Of a stretch of 64,000 nucleotides of DNA, positions 47,332 to 56,342 are shown piece by piece. Source of the DNA: Candidatus Tenderia sp. Lineage in GTDB: Bacteria > Pseudomonadota > Gammaproteobacteria > Tenderiales > Tenderiaceae. Position 1 is the stretch's first letter; each line of letters starts with the position of its first letter. The notes below the pieces were generated by a model. The model had not been told where the DNA came from. It did not search any database and saw nothing but the letters and a program-made list of their open reading frames with translations. The stretch is from contig JANOSY010000089.1 in assembly GCA_031416075.1 (NCBI GenBank), forward strand, positions 1-64,000, read 5' to 3'. The position numbers and the translations under genes are program-made.

Positions 47332-49599
47332 ATGAGCGCCGACGCCACACTCTTGCCAAAAGAAGTAGCAACATTGGTTCATCACATCGAGCTGAATCGC
47401 TCGGGTTGGTGGGACAAAGTGGTTCAACGGCTCGCGTTAGCCGCCGTGTGGTGGTCCGACCACCCGCCGAGTGCCGATGAAATCAAGAACACTCTGTCAC
47501 AGGAGTTCAAGCTGTCGTTGAGCCATGACAAACTGCGCACAGTGCTCAATGCCCTGGAGAAGCAAAACCTCTTGGTTGCGCTTCAGGAAGGGCGGTATCG
47601 CATTCCGGATGTACAACGTTTAGTGTTTGAGCAGGATATCTCAGCCGCTGAGAAGGTTGAATCAAGTGCGCGCGAGTTCTTTTGCAAGCTTGCGAAAGAG
47701 CTTTGCGCGGGCCTCGACGAAATTACTGTCTGGAGCGCATTCCAAACAAAGTTTCTGACGCCACTCATTAAAGATCTTGGTGCTAACGCATACCACCTTA
47801 TTACTGGAGAAAAGCTGAGTGTAGACCGTAGTTTAGTTGACTGTTTCTTGAAAGAATTTAAGCCTGAATTTCATTCTGGCTTAAGAGGGCTTGTAACCAG
47901 TTTTCTGGATCCGAAGAAAGACGAAGTGCGCGCATATGTCAGCCGCATGCTGCATGCACGCTTTTGCGTGGAGGCCGGGGGGCTACCAGAATCGGCTATT
48001 CAGAAATTAAGTGAGACTGTCAGCAAACAAGCCAAGTTTCGGATATTCGTAGACACAAACTTCTTGTTTTCGCTGCTTGAATTGCACGAGAACCCTTCGA
48101 ACGCCGCCGCACGTGAGCTTCTTGAGCTGATCACGCAGCTCAAATCTAACCCCAAGGTGCAGTTATACATTGTTACAAAGACGATCGGAGAAGCAAAAAC
48201 GTCGATTACTGCGGCGAAGCGTCGCCTCTCAGGGATTCCTGATAGTGGAAACTTTACTCAAGCCGCCTTGAATGTCGGGGTCTCGGGGATGACGGAGAGG
48301 TTCCTATCAGAGCGACTGCGCCGTGGCGGAAAGCTGACTGCCGAAGACTGGTTCGACCCGTATCTTACTGACTTCGTGGCGATCGCCCGAGGGAAAGGGG
48401 TGGAATTCTTTAATGAAAGCCTTGACTCATATGCAATACGGCAGGATGTTATTGATGACATTATTTATGTTCAGGAGTTTGAGAAACGTCTAGACGAAAG
48501 CAGGAAAAAGTCTTACCAGAAAGTAGCGCACGACATGATCCTGTGGCACTTTGTTAGTGACCAGCGCCCCGCCTACATTGAGTCCCCAATCGATTCTCGG
48601 GATTGGATACTCACCGTCGATTACCGACTGATTGGTTTTGATGAATACAAACAGAAGAACTCGGGATCGAAGATACCTCTTTGTCTCCACCCAACCTCGC
48701 TAATTCAGTTTCTACAGTTTTGGGTGCCCCGTACCAAAGAGTTTGAGGAAGCCATGCTTGGTAGCATGGTCCTCCCATTCCTGTTTCAAAAACTTGACAC
48801 TGAGGGAGAACGCACCAGCTTAAGAATCCTCAAGGGTCTTGGGCGATTCGAGGGGCGCGACGATATTTCCGCGCAAACGATAACCCACGTTATCCTCAAT
48901 GACGGATTGCGAGCTCGTCTTCAGTCCAACAAAACGGAGGACGGGGAAGCCGAGATTGCTTTGATACGCGATGCTCTGGTCGAAGAGATGAATACACGTG
49001 CTGCCGCTGAAGTTGATAAGACGCACCAGTTGCAGACTATTGTGAACGAAAAAGAAGCGGCACTAAATGCACTTGATCGGTCGAAAGAAGTGGAAGTCAA
49101 TATATTAAACGAGAAGATTGCAGCGGAAGAGACGCGAGCGAAAGCGGCAGATGAAAGACTCACCGTACAAGGCGCAGAAATCGAAGAACTGAAAGCATGC
49201 TTGAAACGTACTGAGGAGGACAAGAAGCAGCGCTCCGCCCTATTCAACTATCTTTGGTGGCTCATTTTGGTGCTGCTGGTGTCAGGTGTTTCCGCATGGC
49301 AAGGAGATCGTTTGTTTCCCGATTGGGCCAAATTTATCGGTGCATATCTCTTCAGGGGGCTGGTGGGTGCTCTCGTGTTCATAGTTGGGCACCTGCTGCT
49401 GGAGTGCTGGGCGAGAAGAAATCAGTGGATGGCGCGGCTCTGGCCCTTGAAGCAGATCAGAAGGTTTAGGAAGTGGTTGTGGGCATTGGTAGTTGTGAGC
49501 CTTGTGGTTGGGGTGATCGGCAACCTATACGCCAATCGGATACAGAAACAGATTGATCTGGAGTCGAGTGCTCCGTCCAGTTCCGAACGTAGGTATTAA
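47332..49599 (+). CDS. PIN-like nuclease domain protein with N-terminal wHTH-like region, coiled coil and C-terminal TM helices
   Basis: IFVDTNFLFSLL, TIGE, AHDMILW, WILTVD acidic PIN pattern; three hydrophobic segments at C-terminus. Confidence 0.75.
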   Translation: MSADATLLPKEVATLVHHIELNRSGWWDKVVQRLALAAVWWSDHPPSADEIKNTLSQEFKLSLSHDKLRTVLNALEKQNLLVALQEGRYRIPDVQRLVFEQDISAAEKVESSAREFFCKLAKELCAGLDEITVWSAFQTKFLTPLIKDLGANAYHLITGEKLSVDRSLVDCFLKEFKPEFHSGLRGLVTSFLDPKKDEVRAYVSRMLHARFCVEAGGLPESAIQKLSETVSKQAKFRIFVDTNFLFSLLELHENPSNAAARELLELITQLKSNPKVQLYIVTKTIGEAKTSITAAKRRLSGIPDSGNFTQAALNVGVSGMTERFLSERLRRGGKLTAEDWFDPYLTDFVAIARGKGVEFFNESLDSYAIRQDVIDDIIYVQEFEKRLDESRKKSYQKVAHDMILWHFVSDQRPAYIESPIDSRDWILTVDYRLIGFDEYKQKNSGSKIPLCLHPTSLIQFLQFWVPRTKEFEEAMLGSMVLPFLFQKLDTEGERTSLRILKGLGRFEGRDDISAQTITHVILNDGLRARLQSNKTEDGEAEIALIRDALVEEMNTRAAAEVDKTHQLQTIVNEKEAALNALDRSKEVEVNILNEKIAAEETRAKAADERLTVQGAEIEELKACLKRTEEDKKQRSALFNYLWWLILVLLVSGVSAWQGDRLFPDWAKFIGAYLFRGLVGALVFIVGHLLLECWARRNQWMARLWPLKQIRRFRKWLWALVVVSLVVGVIGNLYANRIQKQIDLESSAPSSSERRY

Positions 49600-49653
49600 G
49601 CGATGGCGCATGTAAAACAGCCACCACCTGATCAAACGAATGGAAAACGGCAT

Positions 49654-50183
49654 ATGCCCACTATCGTCGCGCCTTTATTCCCGGTGGCACATGGTTTTTT
49701 ACCGTCAACCTATTGGAGCGACATGGCAATAATCTTCTAATACGTGAGATTGATCTGTTTCGTCAGGTTGTCAGCAGAGTTAAGCAGGCACACCCGTTCC
49801 ACATCGATGCATGGGTGGTATTGCCTGAACATATGCACCGTCTCTTCACGCTACCGCCAGGAGATAGTGACTTCAGCCTGCGCTGGCGATTGATTAAATC
49901 AGGCTTCTCCCGCGCCTTACCAATAACCGAGAGGCGTTCGCCGGTGCGCATAGCCGCTGGCGAGCGGGGACTATGGCAACGCCATTTTTGGGAACACGCG
50001 ATTCGTGATGACGATGATTATCAACGTCATGTGGATTATGTTCACGTTAACCCCGTGAAGCATGGTTTAGTGGCGCGTGTGAGGGATTGGCCATATTCCA
50101 CCTTTCACTGTTACGTCAAACTGGGCATCTACTCTTTGCATTGGTGTGGTGATCCAGGGATGACTGTTGAGGGGTATGATTGA
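49654..50183 (+). pseudogene. REP-associated tyrosine transposase (RAYT/TnpA-REP), frameshifted just after the start
   Basis: ATG CCC ACT ATC GT.. is one base short of MPNYRRAFIPGGTWFFTVNL; HMH HUH motif, WQRHFWEHAIRD, YVHVNPVKHG. Confidence 0.85.
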
Positions 50184-50190
50184 CATGCGT

Positions 50191-50218
50191 GCGATTACGC
50201 TGCGCTAATCGGAGCTAC
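50191..50218 (-). repeat. GTAG-type REP downstream of RAYT
   Basis: Reverse complement GTAGCTCCGATTAGCGCAGCGTAATCGC. Confidence 0.7.
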
Positions 50219-50470
50219 GCGCTTATGACTATGACCCACAATATCTTCAAAATACATCGATACGCCTGGAATGGGGTATAAATAAGGTCACATACGACGT
50301 CATATTAGTAAAATGTAAAGCAGATTGCTTATGGGAAAAATATCCGGTCAAATGAGCGTTGATTAAAACAACGGATATTGAAATGAGTGCTGCAGATTCT
50401 TAGACGGGGGTTTCTACAGGCTCGTTATGCACTAAAACACCCGGATAGCGTTAGATAAAAGGAGAGTCTA

Positions 50471-51337
50471 ATGATAAGTATAAAGCCGCTTAGTATTGAT
50501 GGAACAATGGCGTTTTGGCAGACAATTAGAACTGCTATATCAACTTCAAAAATGGGTGTTTTTTCCGACAATGGACTCATATATGTCGCAATGAGTGACA
50601 AAACAAGAATGGTCCCCTTTATCAGGAAAAAGGAAGAGCTGTTTAGTACAACTATAAAAAATCAATCGAAAAAATATCGAGTTATTATTAATGGTCAATT
50701 CTATGGAGTATCGAAAACAGGTATTGCTGATGCGATGTGGGGGAACGATCCTGTAGACCCATCCCATACGACTCCTGAGGGGAAGATTATAAATAATGGA
50801 AAGATGATTGGGGGGCGATCCGCGCCGTTAATGTTTTATATCGCAAATCATTGGGAAACTACTCCGAGATATACATTCAATTCGGGGGTTGTACCAGCGA
50901 AGTCTAGTTCTGCCATAGGTGGGTGTGGTCCGGTTATAGTTAACGGTATGCCATATGGTGAGATTAATAATTATTCTGGTGGTGTTCCTGGAAAAAAAAG
51001 GGGTGAGCCGATCCTTAAAAACAGGCCTTATTTAACACAAAGAAGTAACAATACGTTTTCTGCATATTTGAAAAGACCCCCTTATACTGGAAAAACTATT
51101 ATCGCCCATAGTTCATTATACAATGTACTGCTTGCACTGGTTCTGCCTCACGGTGCTTCTGGCATCTCTCTTTCTCAGGTTAGGGATAAGTTGAATAAAT
51201 CTAATTTTAATAATGCAGTATTTTTAGATGGTAGCGACTCGTCCTTATTGGTTGTTGATGGTGAGTTCATTGCCAAGGCTGGAGAAGATAAAGACGAGAC
51301 TAATGTGGTGGGAGTAGGATTTGAGTTTGGTATTTAG
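50471..51337 (+). CDS. Phosphodiester glycosidase (NAGPA/DUF2233)-like hypothetical protein
   Basis: AAGGAG RBS; INGQFY, GGCGPVIV, AVFLDGSDSS resemble INGGFF, GAGP, ALNLDGGGS; low GC. Confidence 0.6.
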   Translation: MISIKPLSIDGTMAFWQTIRTAISTSKMGVFSDNGLIYVAMSDKTRMVPFIRKKEELFSTTIKNQSKKYRVIINGQFYGVSKTGIADAMWGNDPVDPSHTTPEGKIINNGKMIGGRSAPLMFYIANHWETTPRYTFNSGVVPAKSSSAIGGCGPVIVNGMPYGEINNYSGGVPGKKRGEPILKNRPYLTQRSNNTFSAYLKRPPYTGKTIIAHSSLYNVLLALVLPHGASGISLSQVRDKLNKSNFNNAVFLDGSDSSLLVVDGEFIAKAGEDKDETNVVGVGFEFGI

Positions 51338-51338
51338 C

Positions 51339-51806
51339 ATGAGAAAAATAACATTTTTCATATTTTTTTTATTATATTCAGTACTCATAGTCTTTTTAAG
51401 TTCAGAATATTTTCTTATTGGAGGTAGTAATGTTATAGAGTTCGTTTACTCACTAGCTATGTCTGTAAAAATAGCGGTCATATTTGGGCTGTTTGTATTC
51501 GGATATATGTCATTTTTCACAAAAAACAATAGTCTCTTTGTCAGAGTAATGTTTACATTGGTTGTTTTTCTTTCTTTTGTATCATCACAAAGTGTGGTGT
51601 ACTCCGGGAAAAATAATACCATTGAATATTATATTTATGGTTTTTCTGTTAATAAAATAAACTTATTGCCATCAAAGGGTGAAAATGTGATTGTCGATTC
51701 AATAGTTCCAGGTTTGGTTAGAATTTCGAGTGGAGATGTCTCTTTAACATACGTGTCTTTATTTTGCCCATTCTGCTTGGATGCTTCTGAACTTCAAGAT
51801 TTTTAG
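51339..51806 (+). CDS. Small membrane protein (3 TM), very AT-rich
   Basis: ATG 1 nt after upstream stop; hydrophobic N-terminal segments. Confidence 0.7.
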   Translation: MRKITFFIFFLLYSVLIVFLSSEYFLIGGSNVIEFVYSLAMSVKIAVIFGLFVFGYMSFFTKNNSLFVRVMFTLVVFLSFVSSQSVVYSGKNNTIEYYIYGFSVNKINLLPSKGENVIVDSIVPGLVRISSGDVSLTYVSLFCPFCLDASELQDF

Positions 51807-51810
51807 GGCC

Positions 51811-51927
51811 GTAGGGCGGGTTATCATAGCGTAATCCGCCGCATGTTTTTTTACCGGGTAAGTAATTAATTGTTACTGCGACGCTTGGTGGATTACAAAA
51901 TAAAAGGCCAGTTTTAATCCACCCTTG
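51811..51927. repeat. Degenerate REP pair (REPIN/BIME-like)
   Basis: GTAGGGCGGGTTA..TAATCCGCC and GGTGGATTA..TAATCCACCCT. Confidence 0.6.
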
Positions 51928-52318
51928 AAGTCGGGATCCTGACTGATGGCTGTCTCGACCCATTGCAAGCTTCAGCCTAGCCGCCGGGAATGGTGTCTCT
52001 GCAGCGGGAGCGGGCTAAACAATACCAAAGCATGGTTGGAATCCATTGCTTAAGTGGATGCGGCCGGTTGGCTATCAAGATAGATTTTCAGGTCAGTCAC
52101 CTGTAATTGCTCACCGCACTACAAATCACGGCTGAATTGATCCGACGGACTTAATTTTTACTACGATGCTCGCCTCTCGCATGAGCTGCTCTGCGACGGA
52201 CATTGGCTCTGTGCGTGGGTTCAGCTGAATCAATAGATTACCGTATACATTATCGACGAATTTTATTTATCGGAGTTATCTGTTGTAGCATCCTTCGTCT
52301 GCTATCAGGCGGGTGACC

Positions 52319-53095
52319 TCAGAATTTATCCTGATGTTGGCGTAGCGCCTGTTCTGCCTTACGTGAGCGTTCGATATCTTCATTTAACTGTTGATTCAGT
52401 TTTAGCAGTTCACTGTTCATGGCCGCATAAGTACGGGTAAATACGCGTACAAAAGGGAACGCCAGCCCCAGCATAAGAATAGCAATGATAATCACTGCCA
52501 ATACACGCTCCCTTAGAGAGCGTTTGATGATTGATATCTCCATGTCTGCCCCAGCGACATAGTCATTCCCTGTGGGGGAACGAAAATGAATCATAACACT
52601 GCGAAACGTACCCCAGCGATCGGTGGAGGTATCAAACACTGGTTTATCTGATTGTATGGCAGTTAAAAATACTGGACTTGCTTCCGGGTAATCCGTCCAG
52701 TAGCGCGATACAATATTGTATTTAGTGTCATTAGCCGAGTAGCTGCTGGCGGTGAAATAAGCGGTGTTATTCTGAATAACGTAAGTATAGAGATAGGCAA
52801 AACCACCGGTCACAGCATGGTTTGATAATTCATTGAGATTGGCTTCATCTTCAGCGTGGTCGATGCTGTCGGCAGCAATGGCACGATCATGAAAATCAGC
52901 TGCCAATATCTTTGGCAGGTTCTCTGCGGCAGCGATTAACCGCGTGTCGATTTCGGCGATATAGTCCTGGCGGCTGACGATATAAGTGATTGAGGCAATC
53001 ACCAGCACACCAATAAAATAGATAATTAGTGCTAATAACAGACTGGGCGTATCTGGTTTATTTTTTTTGATCGATAATGCCACGACTGACTCCAT
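52319..53095 (-). pseudogene. Truncated membrane sensor (TM-periplasmic-TM-coiled coil, output domain absent)
   Basis: Two TMs, Cache-like DRWGTFRS..VAGAD, ends mid coiled coil (EDIERSRKAEQALRQHQDKF*). Confidence 0.6.
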
Positions 53096-53351
53096 TGATT
53101 AATAACATCGTTTGTGAGTGGTGCTGCCAAGTGAGATGAGATTGTGCAGTAAATTTCAGTTATGTTGTTTTTATGTGATGTTATCGATCGCCGATTTAAT
53201 AAACTGACTGGGTGATTTTACTGTTTTTAGTGGCGAATGTTTTGATTTGCGATGAATATCGTCTAAAGTGATGTGGGTGGTGAGCTAGGTTAGCCAGCTT
53301 TTCGTTTCATTACAAAAAAATCGCCAATAGATAAAACCGAAAGGAACAATA

Positions 53352-54014
53352 ATGACCTATTCAGTTTTAATTGTAGAAGATCAGGAGCCTGTGGCGCAGC
53401 GCCTATGCCAAGCAGTAATAGACCATCCTCAACTTGATTTATTTGGTGTAGCACCGACGTTGGCACAGGCACGTATATTAATAGAATCTGGAGAACCCAA
53501 TGTGCTGCTGGTTGATATCGGTTTGCCAGATGGAAATGGCACGGCGTTGATTCGAGAAATTTATCAACGGGGGTATCGGACAGAGGCGATGGTGATCACC
53601 GTTTTTGGTGATGAACGACATGTAATATCTGCCTTGGCAGCAGGGGCTACAGGTTACCTGTTGAAAGATGAACGTCTGGATAGAATAGCTGAATCTATTA
53701 TGCAGTTGATCAGGGGTGAGTCGCCGATGAGTCCCTCTATAGCCCGGTATCTGCTGAACCGTTTTATCTCCATTGAAAAGAGTGCAACAGTTAAAATTTC
53801 TACCGGTATCTGTCTCACAGTGAAAGAACAAGAGGTTTTACATTATATTGCAAAAGGTTTTACAGGGGCTGAGATTGCGCAGTTAATGAATGTCTCACCT
53901 CATACGGTTATGACACACACTAAACATATCTATCAGAAGCTTGCGGTACATTCACGGACAGAGGCTGTGTATGAGGCAACTCAGCGGGGAATTATTGCAA
54001 TGAGTGAGCCGTAA
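53352..54014 (+). CDS. NarL/LuxR-family response regulator
   Basis: VLIVED, VDIGLPDGNG, GATGYLLKD, LTVKEQEVL..IYQKL HTH. Confidence 0.95.
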   Translation: MTYSVLIVEDQEPVAQRLCQAVIDHPQLDLFGVAPTLAQARILIESGEPNVLLVDIGLPDGNGTALIREIYQRGYRTEAMVITVFGDERHVISALAAGATGYLLKDERLDRIAESIMQLIRGESPMSPSIARYLLNRFISIEKSATVKISTGICLTVKEQEVLHYIAKGFTGAEIAQLMNVSPHTVMTHTKHIYQKLAVHSRTEAVYEATQRGIIAMSEP

Positions 54015-54025
54015 CGGTGGCTGTT

Positions 54026-55888
54026 TTAATCTTGTTCGAGAGTCTGTCGTCTCTGTAGGGGGATTTTTAAACGTATGTGTGTCCCTTCTGCGCTTGATAT
54101 TACTTCGAGCGTTCCTCCTAAATCGTTGGCTCGTCCAGTCATGGTTTTCATGCCCCGTCCAGAATAAGTCTCGATGTTGATTCCTACTCCATCATCAATA
54201 ATTTCAATAATGGCGATCTCATTGTCATTGTCTTTAGGACCGTTGTCGCGATATCCACGGATTGTCACAGTTTGTGCAGATGCATGTTTTATAATATTGG
54301 TGATGGCCTCCTGCATGATCCGCAATATTTGCAAAATCTGCTGTGGGTTAAAAATAAGATTGCACGGTAAGTCGTCTAAAGACCAGCGTAGCTCTATCTG
54401 TTGCGACTGTAGGCAAGCGTTGACACATGGTCGTAAAGAGATGAGTGCCGTGGAGAGGTCATTATGTGAAGGGTCCAGTGAATCGAGAATTAATCGCAGA
54501 TCATTCAAGGTCGCACGTAGATGTTCTGCAAGCGCTTGATTTGTATATTGACCACTTTCAAGCATGGCCAATGCTGAGACCAGTTGCCCCCCCACGCCAT
54601 CATGCATATCTCTTACCATGCGTTCACGTTCTGCTGAAAGTACCTGTGCCCGTTCCAGAGTTCGCAAACGTTCGTTTTGTTCGCCCAACTCAACCGTACG
54701 TAGCTGTGCATTAAAAGTCAGCCCCTCATTCAGTGTTTGTGAATCTTGTAGTGAGTGTATGTACTTGTTAATGAGTGTGATTGCAACGACGATCTGTAGC
54801 ATCGGGATGCTGAGATATAAAAAATGATAACTTTCAATATCCACCAACTCTACAGAGATGAACCACTCATAAAGGGCTAATAGAGTAGTGGTAGAGAGTG
54901 TGATTAACATTAACGCATTGATTGGTGTATGAGAACGGCGATAACGGTGCCAGACAAACCCGCTGCTATAGAGTGTCGCCATGACAAGTGCCAACTGGAA
55001 TGGCCACAGTGGTAGGTTTGTGGAGATCTCTGATGGTAACGCGATGATAAACGTGGCACAAAGTATTGCCACAAAAAGCAGAGTACGTTCCAGCAGGCGG
55101 TGCTGTACTTGGTAATAGCGGTGTATGAACAGTATCAAACAGAGCGAAAATCCGATCAAGCCAACCCATATTGCCCACCTCTCTTGCCATACGGCACCAT
55201 TGATAAGATCAACCGTATACATCGTCCAGAACAGGGTGGCAGCGACGAGCCAGAGATAGTGATGTTGGTGGCGATTTTTTAGCCACACTATAATGAAACA
55301 CAGGCTCGCTAGCAGTGTGGTGATCAGTACTGTAGTAGGTATGTTGATGCGCCAGAACATACGCTTCCCAAAGCGCTCTTTTAACAGAATTGCCGCACCT
55401 ATATAAATACGGCTGGTAAAAACAGGTAGAGGCTGAATCGGATTTAGCTGGATATACAATCTATTTGAGCCAGCAAGCAACAGCCCTATGGGGATTTGTA
55501 GATAAAGTGGCCTGCTTGCCAGCGGTGAATATTGATTATCGTAACGAATGCCGTGTCCTAATAGCTGGCCATTGAGAAATACGGCAGCAGTGACCGCCAC
55601 CTCAGGCAGATAGAGCCCCCACACAGAGTCTGGTGTTGTCTCAAGTTCAAATTCAACTCTATACCAGCCACCACTGTTTTTTTGAGGAGTCAATAGCCGG
55701 TCTGGCAAAGTGCGTTGTACTCCATTAAGTTCCTCTGCAGAAAGTGGTTTTTTGAAAGTTGTATATAGAAGATATGCTTTATCAATGACGTAAACAGTGT
55801 CTGTTTCCGATGTGGCTTTCTCGGCGAAGATTAATAACCAAAAAATAGAGGAGGCAATCAACAGATGTTTGATTGTGTATGGCCACAT
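54026..55888 (-). CDS. 7TM-DISM-type sensor histidine kinase (HisKA_3)
   Basis: Extracellular beta domain (GWYRVEF, VFLNGQLLG), multiple TMs, ERERMVRDMHDGVGG, QEAITNIIKHA, DDGVG. Confidence 0.92.
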   Translation of the reverse strand: MWPYTIKHLLIASSIFWLLIFAEKATSETDTVYVIDKAYLLYTTFKKPLSAEELNGVQRTLPDRLLTPQKNSGGWYRVEFELETTPDSVWGLYLPEVAVTAAVFLNGQLLGHGIRYDNQYSPLASRPLYLQIPIGLLLAGSNRLYIQLNPIQPLPVFTSRIYIGAAILLKERFGKRMFWRINIPTTVLITTLLASLCFIIVWLKNRHQHHYLWLVAATLFWTMYTVDLINGAVWQERWAIWVGLIGFSLCLILFIHRYYQVQHRLLERTLLFVAILCATFIIALPSEISTNLPLWPFQLALVMATLYSSGFVWHRYRRSHTPINALMLITLSTTTLLALYEWFISVELVDIESYHFLYLSIPMLQIVVAITLINKYIHSLQDSQTLNEGLTFNAQLRTVELGEQNERLRTLERAQVLSAERERMVRDMHDGVGGQLVSALAMLESGQYTNQALAEHLRATLNDLRLILDSLDPSHNDLSTALISLRPCVNACLQSQQIELRWSLDDLPCNLIFNPQQILQILRIMQEAITNIIKHASAQTVTIRGYRDNGPKDNDNEIAIIEIIDDGVGINIETYSGRGMKTMTGRANDLGGTLEVISSAEGTHIRLKIPLQRRQTLEQD

Positions 55889-56342
55889 TATTGCGGATTT
55901 AGATTTTGTCTAAACAAAACTATTGAAAATCAAGGGGAGGAAATATCGGGTAGGTTAGGAATCTCTCCACCATAAAAAAACATTGATTAAGTATTTTCAA
56001 ATGGCCATCATTTTTTTGTCCTATAGAGTTGCCGTCGATATTTAGCACAATAGCCTCATGTGATCGTCCTTTATATAGATACTAGTCTGTTTACATAGCC
56101 GATGTACATACTGTTTAGTAGCTCATTTTTATATTGTCAATTTTTATTATTGTTACTTAGTCTATTAATTGGAGTTGTCGACGGATTAGCAGCTTAATAA
56201 GCGTTCAGTAATATTAAAAATCCCTTGTTTAGGGGATGCGCTAACGTTTGCATGTTGCCATAGTCGTTTACGCCACAGGCATGGGGCACGCTGGCTGAAA
56301 AACAGATATGTATATATCTCGATAACAGAGGATTGGGGCAAT

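Larger units (their letters stand above)
46705..52279. mobile_element. Inverted-repeat-bounded island downstream of glmS
   Basis: ACTCCGACAAATAAAATTCGTCG (46708-46730) and its inverse CGACGAATTTTATTTATCGGAGT (52254-52276), 22/23 identical; flanks CTGTTGTTT / CTGTTGTAG. Confidence 0.55.
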
